The position numbers were made by a program, and so were the translations under genes. DNA of 43,027 nt from an uncultured Hyphomicrobiales bacterium (lineage in GTDB: Bacteria > Bacteroidota > Ignavibacteria > Kapaibacteriales > UBA2268): positions 1-43,027 of the forward strand of contig CAZEHW010000003.1 in the NCBI GenBank assembly GCA_964511865.1, read 5' to 3'. This document shows positions 1 to 8,853 of this stretch, in pieces. Under the pieces are notes generated by a model. That model saw nothing but the letters and a program-made list of their open reading frames with translations. It did not search any database and was not told the DNA's origin. Every line of letters starts with the position of its first letter. Position 1 is the first letter of the stretch.

Positions 1-129
1 TTAAACGTAAGATAAGAATCCCACCGGCGAAATCAGTATATTCATGACATATATGTTGAAGCAGTTAATAACAAATGGATTGCAACAAATAAGGGGATCT
101 GGGTTTTAAATGAAGATGCTTCCGAGCTG

Positions 130-549
130 TTGAATACAACAATTTTAAATTCTACTAACAGCCCATTGATAGCCGACGAAGTTTTGTCAATTACTTCTGA
201 TACAAAAACAGGTGTTATGTACTTCGGGACCAAGTTCGGACTTTCTTCTGCACAAAGTGTTTTTGTGGAACCTGCACCGGAATATGATATTTCCTGCTAT
301 CCACAGCCATTCATTCCTAAAAAGGACAATGAACTTTTTATTGACGGTTTAATGCAAAACTCTGATGTCAGAATCCTTACAGTTGACGGCAATCTCGTAA
401 GAGCACTAACTGCAAAAGGCAGAGTTGCTGTTTGGGATGGTAAAGATGAACTCGGTTCATTTCCTTCCAGCGGTGTCTATATTATTGTCGGCTCATCCGA
501 AGCCACAGAGGGCAAAGGTGTCGGCAAGCTTGTGCTGATTAATAGGTAA
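130..549 (+). CDS. C-terminal part of a propeller-repeat / FlgD-Ig-like (T9SS-type C-terminal domain) secreted protein; possibly frameshifted or decayed
   Basis: Frame 1 is open from nt 16 (TAA at 13-15). It already encodes a propeller-type repeat (NNKWIATNKGIWVLNED) upstream of the first usable start (TTG 130). The C-terminus (VRILTVDGNLVRALTAKGRVAVWDGKDELGSFPSSGVYIIV...KLVLINR) resembles FlgD-Ig/T9SS sorting domains. Confidence 0.5.
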   Translation: MNTTILNSTNSPLIADEVLSITSDTKTGVMYFGTKFGLSSAQSVFVEPAPEYDISCYPQPFIPKKDNELFIDGLMQNSDVRILTVDGNLVRALTAKGRVAVWDGKDELGSFPSSGVYIIVGSSEATEGKGVGKLVLINR

Positions 550-811
550 GGAGAAAGGAGATGGGAAAGACAATGTCTGAACCACTGATTAAATGGGATT
601 TTTTTAGGGCTAATACAAGAGGTGAATTGTATAACCAGAACACAAATTTTTTGACCAATCGTAGTAGGCAATTCAGTAATGAATTGATAATATAATTTAT
701 TCCCTACTATAATAGGTGTTTGTTGTTAGTATCTTGTTACAATAGATTAATGCCTACGGCATAATTTATTATTTAAACTTGGAATTATATTATTTTAAAT
801 ATGAAAATAAA

Positions 812-850
812 ACAAAAAAGCCCGGCAGATTTACTCTACCGGGCTTTTGT
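812..850. terminator. Bidirectional intrinsic terminator between convergent genes
   Basis: AAAAAA-GCCCGG(820-825)-13 nt loop-CCGGGC(839-844)-TTTTGT. A-run on one side and T-run on the other. It lies between the + gene ending at 549 and the - gene ending at 861. Confidence 0.7.
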
Positions 851-860
851 GCGTTGTGGA

Positions 861-3776
861 TTAACGCCGGATTGTTACCGGATATGCCGTTGAGTATGCA
901 CCGTTGTCAATTACGACAAAGTATGCACCGTTTGCAAATCCGTTTACATCTAACGTTATGTTGTTGGATCCGCGCACAGTTTTTACAGGTGATGTCCATA
1001 CCATCTTACCAACTGAGTTGATTAATGATATCTGAACATTATTAGTACGGGATTCAAAACTTACATTCAATTTCTCCTTTGCAGGATTCTGGAATGCTTC
1101 AACCGATGCGATTTTTGTATTTCCGTCATTTAAGCTGACGGGTTCCGGTGTCAGCAAGATTTCTCCTGCGTCAAAGTTCAATGTTTCGTCCAAAGAAATA
1201 TTCTTAGAATAAGGTTGATATCCAAGCTTATCAACTTTCAAAGTAATACTGCCATTTGGGAGATTCTTCAAATTGAAAGAACCATCGTTGCTCGAAGTTG
1301 CATATGTCTTCATATTGCCTTCACTGTCCTGAATATAGACTACAGCACCTGCAACAGAATGTCTTTCCTGAGGATTAGCATTAGAAATTGCCTTTACAGT
1401 TCCGGATAATTGGTAAAGCCCTTTATCTTCATTTGCAGCGCCTTCCATTGTACCAAGTATTACTTCAATAGCAGTTACGTTTTCATCTTCTTCAACATCA
1501 ATAATCGTTGCCTCGTCCCAATTCATTACGACAGTGGAACCTTCCTTGTAAAAGCCAGGAATATTATCCAATGTCTTAGGAACTGCGAGCAATATATATG
1601 AACCGGGATACAATGACATTAATTTGAACTCTCCCGTATTGTCAGAAATTGCAGCCCAGCCGTCATACATACTCCCGTCAGGATTAATGTTATCTGTGCT
1701 TACATTGTATGCCATCAGATAAATCCCTTCAAGCGGATTTCCGGATTCATCAACAACTTTCCCTGAAATCGAGGATTTGTATTCCTCCGGTCCGTCTCCA
1801 AAGACAAAATCAATGTCAGTTAAATCACCTTTGAGTTCAAGCACTGAAGCTTGTTCGGGATTGTAAGTCTGATTGTAGTAAAGCGGCATCATGCTTTTAT
1901 ATCTGTCATAAAGTGAATAATCAAAAGCATAGACAATATACTTGAAAATTTCGGGAAGTTCGATTTCGTAATAACCTTCACTGTCAGTAGAAATTGCTTC
2001 GCTAAAACGGTTGTAATAATAATCAGGACTGTCATTAAAGCCCTCGACCATAACCATTGCACCTTCAATTGGAGTACCGTCTTCTCTTGTTACTTTACCA
2101 CTGAGTTTGTACATATTAAAGTCTGGTTCCTCGAGTACAAAGTCAATATCTTCACGGTCGGCTGTTAATGATATCACTTCAGCTTCTTCATAATTATATG
2201 TCTGATTGTAATAAAGCGGCTTGTAAAGATAACTGTTCTTTGTTACAACGTATGCCTTATATTCAAACAGTTCGGGCAATTGAATTGAATAGTTGCCTTC
2301 GTAGTCAGTATATGCCTGATTTCCAAAATACGGATATCTTTCACCATATGAATCGTAAAGTCCTTCGAAAACAACAGTAGCATGTTGAACCGGTGTTCCG
2401 TCCTTGGTTGATACATTTCCTGATACAGTATAATATTTAAACTCTGATTCATTACTAATAATAAAATCTATACCTTCAAGATTTCCTGTAAGCTCGAGAA
2501 TTTCTGCTTCACTTCTCTTGTAAGTCTGATTATAATACAATGTTTTGGATATTCCGGTAGCGGGGTCCCAATAAGCATCCACATATGCAATGTATTTGTA
2601 TGCATCAGGTAATTGTATTTCATAGTTTCCTTCTTCATCAGTAAACCCGTTAAACATAGCATATCTGCCATGTTCATCATCAAAGACTGCTTCAAACATA
2701 ACATTCATATAAGCCGCTGGGTCACCATTTTCAGCTTTAACAGAACCGGTAACAGTATACATTACTGAATTTTTGTACTCTGTTAATTTCATATCATAAG
2801 TAAGATTATCCCCACATGCAACTTCAATAAGTTCAGCACTTTCAATATCAAATGTTCCGGGATAGTACTCATAGTATCCATACATATCCTGAAATACAAA
2901 ATAATACTTTCCTTCATCTACTTCGACAGTATAACTGCCATTCTCAACAATAGCATAATATGGGTCGTGATTATCAGGATTATCCTTGAAATTTTCAGGA
3001 AACAATTGAATATAACCCATTGAAACAGGATTATCTTTAGAATCAGTAATTGTACCACTCAATACAGCCGGTTCCTGACAGGAAAATACATTCAAATAAA
3101 AGTAGTGTTCTCCAAAAACATCCGGATTATTTTTCGAATATGCCTGAATCCATACTTCAAAAACTCCTTTTTTCTCCGGAGTCCATGTAATCTCCCCGGT
3201 ATTTTCATTAATATCCATACCATCAGGTTTGCTTATTAATTGATATGCGATTTCTGCAGTTTGGTCCTCAGGGTCAAAAGCAACTACGTTTGAATTATAA
3301 GCTTGCCCAACATAAGCTTTTTCTTCTGGAACAACAGTAAATTCCAGAAAGCCCATTGGATCAGAATTGAAGAAACTAACAGGTGAAGCATTTGATATTT
3401 TTATGGTACCGGCATTCGCAAAAGAAAGATAGAATGTATAGTACCCTGTTTCAAATGAATGTTCAATAACAGCTTCAAACATTCCCTTTTCACCTCTCCA
3501 TTGGTCTGGTTGTAGTGTTGTAAACAGTTCAGGGTCATCCATATCTGAAACATTATAAAAAACTCCTTTTTGCACCCAAACCTCTATTTGGTCCGGTTGC
3601 AATGAAGCATCATCAAAAAACCAATACAAATACAAGCTGTTTGTACCAATATCGGTTTGAGCCATAAAGTCAAAATCCCCTTCTCCCTTTTGTGCTTGCA
3701 GGGAACTTCCGCATAGCATCAAGAGAAAGATTGTACTTATCAGGATTTTAACCCTATTTTTTAGAAATAATTTCAT
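861..3776 (-). CDS. Large secreted multidomain protein: signal peptide, Ig-like (He_PIG/cadherin-like) region, about six carboxypeptidase-regulatory-like modules, T9SS C-terminal sorting domain
   Basis: N-terminal signal peptide (ILISTIFLLMLCGSSLQAQ). 'YQLISKPDGMDINENTGEITWTPEKKG' Ig-like motif. Repeated 'Y.(L/V)SG.V...DG.P...A.V' modules. C-terminus 'NPAKEKLNVSF...NGAYFVVIDNGAYSTAYPVTIRR' is typical of Por/T9SS tails. Confidence 0.85.
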   Translation of the reverse strand: MKLFLKNRVKILISTIFLLMLCGSSLQAQKGEGDFDFMAQTDIGTNSLYLYWFFDDASLQPDQIEVWVQKGVFYNVSDMDDPELFTTLQPDQWRGEKGMFEAVIEHSFETGYYTFYLSFANAGTIKISNASPVSFFNSDPMGFLEFTVVPEEKAYVGQAYNSNVVAFDPEDQTAEIAYQLISKPDGMDINENTGEITWTPEKKGVFEVWIQAYSKNNPDVFGEHYFYLNVFSCQEPAVLSGTITDSKDNPVSMGYIQLFPENFKDNPDNHDPYYAIVENGSYTVEVDEGKYYFVFQDMYGYYEYYPGTFDIESAELIEVACGDNLTYDMKLTEYKNSVMYTVTGSVKAENGDPAAYMNVMFEAVFDDEHGRYAMFNGFTDEEGNYEIQLPDAYKYIAYVDAYWDPATGISKTLYYNQTYKRSEAEILELTGNLEGIDFIISNESEFKYYTVSGNVSTKDGTPVQHATVVFEGLYDSYGERYPYFGNQAYTDYEGNYSIQLPELFEYKAYVVTKNSYLYKPLYYNQTYNYEEAEVISLTADREDIDFVLEEPDFNMYKLSGKVTREDGTPIEGAMVMVEGFNDSPDYYYNRFSEAISTDSEGYYEIELPEIFKYIVYAFDYSLYDRYKSMMPLYYNQTYNPEQASVLELKGDLTDIDFVFGDGPEEYKSSISGKVVDESGNPLEGIYLMAYNVSTDNINPDGSMYDGWAAISDNTGEFKLMSLYPGSYILLAVPKTLDNIPGFYKEGSTVVMNWDEATIIDVEEDENVTAIEVILGTMEGAANEDKGLYQLSGTVKAISNANPQERHSVAGAVVYIQDSEGNMKTYATSSNDGSFNLKNLPNGSITLKVDKLGYQPYSKNISLDETLNFDAGEILLTPEPVSLNDGNTKIASVEAFQNPAKEKLNVSFESRTNNVQISLINSVGKMVWTSPVKTVRGSNNITLDVNGFANGAYFVVIDNGAYSTAYPVTIRR

Positions 3777-4130
3777 AAAACCTCCATTAAAAATGTTAAT
3801 AATTTATATCAATGGATCCAACAAATTTTCATGTATTAAGTATCTCATAGAACCAATTGAAAACTGATAATTTATTAAATATAAACGTTCTTTAAATGTT
3901 TAAAGTATAATACTTTTTAAATTGTATTTTTTAAAACAAAAAAACGAGCTTCTTATTAAACAATTACACACAAATGAAATTTTTGGGACAAAATATTTAT
4001 TTTTTTTGATTAATTAAGAACTTTTGTATAGTTTGGTATTTATTATTGATAACATTAGGTATTGAAATAATTTACTCCAATCAAATAAAAATCTTGATTA
4101 AATATTTTTTTGGAGAACTGCAAGGAAATT

Positions 4131-5186
4131 ATGTTTTTTACTAAAAAGAGCAACAAATACAAAGAACTCAAACCGGCTACAAAAAAACCGGTACTGCCTG
4201 CTATTGTAGTTTTGGTTGTTATTATTGTTGGGACGTTCGGTTATTGGTGGTTGTGGAAGGATATCGGCGGGACTATTATTGATGCACTTTATATGACATG
4301 GATAACAATTGCTACTATCGGGTATACGGAAGTACATCCATTGGATGACACAGGTCATATCTTTACAATAATTATAAGTATAGCAGGTATAGGGAGTTTG
4401 TTCTATATACTTAGTGTTTTTATGGAAAACCTTTTTATAATGCAGTTGCATAATTACAGGGGGAAAAAGAAAAAAATGAAAGAGATTGAAAAATACGAAG
4501 ACCATATAATTATTATCGGTTATGGAAGAGTCGGACAGCTGGCGGCAAGCGTTTTGCTCAGCAGGGGTGAAAAATTCGTCGTTATAGATGACGACTTCAT
4601 TGAAGAAGATGTTGTTAATTTGAAAGATAATCTCTTAAGAGTTACCGGCAATGCGACTGAAGATTCGGTTTTAATTAAGGCAGGAATTAAAAAGGCGAAA
4701 GGTTTAATTGTTGCAACAGGAAGTTCTGCAACTACAGTGTTTGTAGTTTTAAGTGCAAAGGTTTTAAATCCAAACATTTTTATAGTTGCAAGAGCAGATG
4801 AGGATTCGGACAAAGAAAAACTTAAGCGAGCAGGAGCAGACAGGGTGGTTAATCCGTATTCCATTGGCGGTCAAAGGATGGCGAATTTGATGATTAATCA
4901 GAATATAGTTGATTTTCTTGAAACGAGTTTTGGTATTGGCTCAGGGAATTTGAAAATTGAAAATCTTCAGTTGCCTGAAAAATGCAAGTGGTATGACAAA
5001 ACATTAAAGGAGCTTGAATTGCGTCAGCATTTTGGAGTTTCAGTTCTTGCTGTTGTCCGTGATAATAAACCAATAACTAATCCCGGAGGTAACTTCAAAG
5101 TTAAAGAGGGTGACCAATTTATCATGATGGGCAACGATAAGGAACTGAAAGAGGTTGAGAGAATAATTTTGGTTGATAATGGTTAG
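4131..5186 (+). CDS. Two-TM potassium-channel-family protein with RCK (TrkA-N + TrkA-C) domains; non-canonical pore signature
   Basis: Two TM helices flank a pore loop 'TIATIGYTEV', followed by 'IIIIGYGRVGQ' (Rossmann/TrkA-N) and a TrkA-C-like tail. ATG at 4131, preceded by AGGAA, is preferred over the TTG at 4110 on the ORF track. Confidence 0.85.
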   Translation: MFFTKKSNKYKELKPATKKPVLPAIVVLVVIIVGTFGYWWLWKDIGGTIIDALYMTWITIATIGYTEVHPLDDTGHIFTIIISIAGIGSLFYILSVFMENLFIMQLHNYRGKKKKMKEIEKYEDHIIIIGYGRVGQLAASVLLSRGEKFVVIDDDFIEEDVVNLKDNLLRVTGNATEDSVLIKAGIKKAKGLIVATGSSATTVFVVLSAKVLNPNIFIVARADEDSDKEKLKRAGADRVVNPYSIGGQRMANLMINQNIVDFLETSFGIGSGNLKIENLQLPEKCKWYDKTLKELELRQHFGVSVLAVVRDNKPITNPGGNFKVKEGDQFIMMGNDKELKEVERIILVDNG

Positions 5187-5298
5187 TTAGGCTGTTAGGC
5201 TATTAGGCTATTAGGCTATTAGGCTGTTAGGCTATTAGGCTGTTAGGCTATTAGGCTGTTAGGATAATAGGTTGTTAGACTGTTAGGATATTAGGTTA
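5187..5298. repeat. 8-bp tandem repeat (TTAGGCTR), 14 units, the last 5 degenerate
   Basis: Direct reading gives ttaggctg ttaggcta ttaggcta ttaggcta ttaggctg ttaggcta ttaggctg ttaggcta ttaggctg ttaggata ataggttg ttagactg ttaggata ttaggtta. The array starts immediately after the channel stop codon (TAG 5184-5186). Confidence 0.95.
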
Positions 5299-5356
5299 AT
5301 GGGAAGAAGAGAGAGTAAGGAAAAATGTTTGGAGAAAATTAGAAATATATAAGAGT

Positions 5357-6406
5357 ATGAATGAGAAAAGTGTGATATTTCCAAATACAGGGTTTAATCG
5401 CGAGCTATCGGAACGCGAGAGGGAAGTATTGCGTAGAATTATTCAGCTTTATATTTTGAAGGCATCTCCTGTCGGTTCAAGAACACTTACTAAGTATATT
5501 CAGGAGGAATTGAGTGCGGCAACAATAAGAAATGTGATGTCTGACCTCGAAGATATGAACTTCATAAGCCATCCACATACATCCGCCGGAAGAATTCCAA
5601 CGGATAAAGGATATAGGTTTTACGTTGATACTCTCGGCGAGCTTGAGATGCTTTCTAAAAATGAACTGCTTGCACTTGAAAAAACGCTGACTAATTCTGA
5701 TATGGTTTTCAAGGATGCATCGAAAATACTTGGTATATTATCGAGTTACTTAAGCATTGTTGCTATTCCTCAACTGATTGACTTAAAAGTTTTACGTCTG
5801 GAATTAATCCAGTTGTCATCTAACAGACTGCTAATTGTCATTGCACTTGATTCTAACTTTGTTAAAACTGTTACTCTGGAAACTTCATTCAGCATTGAAC
5901 ATAAACAATTAGACCAGATTTGCTCATATATTAATGAAAAAATCGGGGGTAAACCGCTGAAATTTATTCGTGATAATTTTAGAGAAATTCTTAAAGATTA
6001 CCGCTTGAAAGATACTCCCTTGATGCGGCTGTTTGTTGATTCGATTGATAATATATTGGATGTTAAAACACAAAAAGAAAATATTCATATAGCCGGCACT
6101 CCAAATTTACTTGATTATCCTGAATTTGGTAATCCGGATAGAATAAAAGGGGTAATTGAACTACTTGAAAATGAAGATATTATTGTTCATCTGCTCGAAA
6201 AACAGGAAGAAACCGGAAAAGACATAAATGTTTTAATAGGAAGTGAAATACAAAACGAATTGCTTGATGATTATGCCCTTGTCATCTCCAATTACAGAAT
6301 TGGTACTGCCCGCGGTTCAATAGGGATAATAGGTCCTAAGAGAATGCCATATGCTAAGATGATGTCTTTGGTCAAGCATGTATCGGACTTTTTGAATAAG
6401 GAGTGA
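5357..6406 (+). CDS. hrcA: Heat-inducible transcription repressor HrcA
   Basis: N-terminal winged-helix 'LSEREREVLRRIIQLYILKASPVGSRTL' and the characteristic C-terminus 'GSIGIIGPKRMPYAKMMSLV'. It sits upstream of grpE-dnaJ. Confidence 0.95.
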   Translation: MNEKSVIFPNTGFNRELSEREREVLRRIIQLYILKASPVGSRTLTKYIQEELSAATIRNVMSDLEDMNFISHPHTSAGRIPTDKGYRFYVDTLGELEMLSKNELLALEKTLTNSDMVFKDASKILGILSSYLSIVAIPQLIDLKVLRLELIQLSSNRLLIVIALDSNFVKTVTLETSFSIEHKQLDQICSYINEKIGGKPLKFIRDNFREILKDYRLKDTPLMRLFVDSIDNILDVKTQKENIHIAGTPNLLDYPEFGNPDRIKGVIELLENEDIIVHLLEKQEETGKDINVLIGSEIQNELLDDYALVISNYRIGTARGSIGIIGPKRMPYAKMMSLVKHVSDFLNKE

Positions 6407-6407
6407 T

Positions 6408-6446
6408 AAAGGGAGAAGGGAAAAAGGAAAAGGGAGAGAGGAAAAA
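6408..6446 (+). repeat. 39-nt uninterrupted polypurine tract (GGGAGAAGGG... type), starting 2 nt after the hrcA stop codon
   Basis: aaagggagaagggaaaaaggaaaagggagagaggaaaaa. No pyrimidine from 6408 to 6446. Confidence 0.9.
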
Positions 6447-6574
6447 CTAAAAATAGAAGACTTTTAACTCAGCATGTCAAAATATTTATCTGAATATTCG
6501 TCTAAAACTTTCTAAGTAATTTATTATTTAAATAACTTATTTTAATTTTAGTTAGTTAAAGGAATTTGGTGTAA

Positions 6575-7192
6575 ATGAAAAAAGATAATTTGTCAGCTCA
6601 GAAGAACGGTAAAGACCATAAGAAAAACGGAGAACGGGAAATTCCCGTAACATCTCCCGATGATGTCGTAGAAGAACAAGAGGTTCAGGAAAAAGCAGAA
6701 ACCGTTGAAAAAACAGAAGAAAGCATAATCGCAACTTTGGAAAAAGAACGCAACCTGCTGAAAGATAATCTTTTACGAACAACAGCCGAGCTTGAAAACA
6801 TGAGACGCAGGGTTCTTAAAGAAAAAAATGAACTTATTCAATATGCAAATCACAGTCTTCTTCAAAAACTACTGCCATTGATGGATGACTTCGAAAATGC
6901 TATCAAATCAGGAAAAAGCAGTGATGATTACCAATCCTTAATGCAGGGAATTGAACTTATATACAATAAAGCTGTGAAAATATTTGAAGAATCAGGTGTA
7001 AAGAAGTTAGAGATTAAAGAAGGAGACCCTTTTAATGTTGATTATCATGAAGCCATTTTGAAAATGCCTTCTGAAAGCATTGAAGAAGACGGTATTATTA
7101 ATGTTGCCGAAAATGGTTATATGTATCATGACAAAGTTCTTCGGCATGCAAAAGTAATTACTTCGGCAGGAAAACAGGATAATAACGGTTAA
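6575..7192 (+). CDS. grpE: Nucleotide exchange factor GrpE
   Basis: 'LRTTAELENMRRRVLKEKNELIQYANHSLLQKLLPLMDDFENA' and the C-terminal 'GDPFNVDYHEAI...GYMYHDKVLRHAKV' are GrpE hallmarks. Confidence 0.95.
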   Translation: MKKDNLSAQKNGKDHKKNGEREIPVTSPDDVVEEQEVQEKAETVEKTEESIIATLEKERNLLKDNLLRTTAELENMRRRVLKEKNELIQYANHSLLQKLLPLMDDFENAIKSGKSSDDYQSLMQGIELIYNKAVKIFEESGVKKLEIKEGDPFNVDYHEAILKMPSESIEEDGIINVAENGYMYHDKVLRHAKVITSAGKQDNNG

Positions 7193-7248
7193 TTGTTAAT
7201 GGGCAATAGTTAATGAAAATGGAAAACAGATAACGGATAACGAAATAT

Positions 7249-8415
7249 ATGGCAAAAAGAGATTATTACGAGATTTTAGGTGTTGAAAAAAATTCGGATG
7301 TGAATACAATTAAAGGTGCGTACCGCAAGCTTGCTTTGCAGTATCATCCGGACAGGAATCCTGACAATAAGGAAGCAGAAGAAAAATTCAAGGAAGCAAC
7401 CGAAGCTTACGAAGTTCTTAGCGACCAAAATAAAAGGGAGAGATACAACAGGTTTGGACATGAGGGAGTAAGACAAGGACAAGACTTCAGAACTTATTCA
7501 AATATAGATGATATTTTCTCGAACTTCGGTGATATTTTCGGTGGGAGTATCTTCGATGAATTTTTCGGAGGAGGAAATTCGAGAAGACGTGGTTCAAGCA
7601 GACGTTCTATGGGTGAAAGAGGTTCAGATATTAAATTAAGATTGCCATTAACTCTGGAAGAAATTGCAAAGGGCGTAGAAAAAACAATCAAAATTAAAAA
7701 ACAAATCAGTTGTGAGTCTTGTGGGGGGAGCGGTGCAAAAGAAGGTTCCGGTCATCATACATGCTCAAGTTGCGGCGGCTCCGGAGAAATTCGACAGGTC
7801 TCTCGTTCTATGTTTGGTCAGTTTGTCAATATCAGCTCTTGTCCTCATTGTAACGGCTCGGGAACAGTTATATCCGAACATTGTCCGGAGTGTCGTGGTG
7901 AAGGCAGAGTGCATGGAGAAGATAAAGTTAAGGTTAACATTCCTGCCGGAGTTGAAGCCGGAAATTACCTTCCATTGAGAGGACAGGGAAATGCCGGACG
8001 ACGTAGTGGTGATGCCGGAGACTTAATTGTAATAATTGATGAAAAAGAACATCCATACTTCGTCAGAAGAGAAGATAACATTATTTATCATCTGACAATA
8101 AGCTTTACTGATGCCGCCATGGGTACCGAAATCGAGGTTCCTACATTATATTTTCCTGAAAAAGTAAAAATTTCTGCAGGTACACAGCCGGGAACAATGC
8201 TTACTTTACATGACAAAGGCATTCCACATCTTAATTCGCATGGAAAAGGCGACCAGTTTGTTTATGTGAATATTTTTGTTCCAACAAATTTGACATCCGA
8301 AGAAAAACAAATACTGAAAAAATTGTCAGCCGGCAAGAATTTCTCGCCTGATAAAAAATCAAAAACAAAGGAAAAAGACTTTTTCGACAAAGTAAAAGAA
8401 TCAATCTTTAATTGA
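7249..8415 (+). CDS. dnaJ: Molecular chaperone DnaJ
   Basis: J domain 'DYYEILGV...[15 protein letters not shown]'. G/F-rich linker. Four CxxCxGxG zinc motifs ([32 protein letters not shown]). Confidence 0.97.
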   Translation: MAKRDYYEILGVEKNSDVNTIKGAYRKLALQYHPDRNPDNKEAEEKFKEATEAYEVLSDQNKRERYNRFGHEGVRQGQDFRTYSNIDDIFSNFGDIFGGSIFDEFFGGGNSRRRGSSRRSMGERGSDIKLRLPLTLEEIAKGVEKTIKIKKQISCESCGGSGAKEGSGHHTCSSCGGSGEIRQVSRSMFGQFVNISSCPHCNGSGTVISEHCPECRGEGRVHGEDKVKVNIPAGVEAGNYLPLRGQGNAGRRSGDAGDLIVIIDEKEHPYFVRREDNIIYHLTISFTDAAMGTEIEVPTLYFPEKVKISAGTQPGTMLTLHDKGIPHLNSHGKGDQFVYVNIFVPTNLTSEEKQILKKLSAGKNFSPDKKSKTKEKDFFDKVKESIFN

Positions 8416-8620
8416 AATAATTTCCTTGTAAATTAACATAATGTGCTTTAAGTGTTTTTCCCAGTGTTAAATGACCAATAAACAAAAATTGTTTGTAGCG
8501 ATTTTTCTTAAAATTTACAGTCGCAAATTCTATCTCTTCATCGGCTGAATCAATCCAATATTTTATATGTTCTTCTTTAATCGTAATTCAACAAATACGA
8601 GTTAATTCTATTATTTTCAT
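8408..8620 (-). pseudogene. Decayed HEPN-domain gene remnant with an in-frame TGA after codon 10; its last codon and stop codon overlap the 3' end of dnaJ
   Basis: The minus strand reads [69 protein letters not shown]. The 'IKYWIDSA..E...A......R....F.....(EK/GK)(I/T)LKA' pattern parallels the intact HEPN protein at 23211-23597 (NIKYWLDLSEYDLETADAMLRTKRFLYVGFMCHQSIEKILKALY). It is truncated to about half the HEPN length. Confidence 0.5.
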
Positions 8621-8786
8621 AAAAGATATTTTATAAAAAAAATATCAAGGTTTGCTGTTTAAGAGGCAAAGCGGATAAGTAAGACGAAATTTTTAAAGTA
8701 GAAAGTTTTAAAGTTGTATTATCATCAAATTCTTTAGTTATTCCATCCCAAATTGTGATAAGTTTATATCTTATACAATTATTATA

Positions 8787-8835
8787 TCCTTAAATTAAGG
8801 AAAATATTAAATAATGTTTCCTTATTTCAAGGAAA
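8787..8835. promoter_or_regulatory. Two copies of the TTCCTTAA(A/T)TTAAGGAA-type palindrome upstream of the ATPase gene
   Basis: TCCTTAAATTAAGGA at 8787-8801 (perfect palindrome). TTTCCTTATTTCAAGGAAA at 8817-8835 (imperfect). The same motif recurs twice downstream of the gene. Confidence 0.6.
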
Positions 8836-8853
8836 GTATGTATATTTGTAATT

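Noticed and set aside
4110-4130. TTG start for the channel gene as given on the ORF track
   Set aside because: The in-frame ATG at 4131 has a better upstream AGGAA context. The seven extra residues (MENCKEI) add nothing recognisable. This remains uncertain.
5187-5298. Possibility that the 8-bp repeat array is a CRISPR array
   Set aside because: The units are contiguous with no spacers and are far too short. No cas genes are in the window.
7249-8415. Absence of dnaK between grpE and dnaJ as an anomaly
   Set aside because: As far as I recall, other bacterial lineages also have grpE-dnaJ without an adjacent dnaK, with dnaK elsewhere. This is not evidence of rearrangement.
8621-8786. Possible minus-strand coding remnant (…ITIWDGITKEFDDNTTLKLSTLKISSYLSALPLKQQTLIFFL*) upstream of the HEPN fragment
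   Set aside because: It has no start codon and no recognisable motif. It could be a further gene remnant, but I cannot support it.
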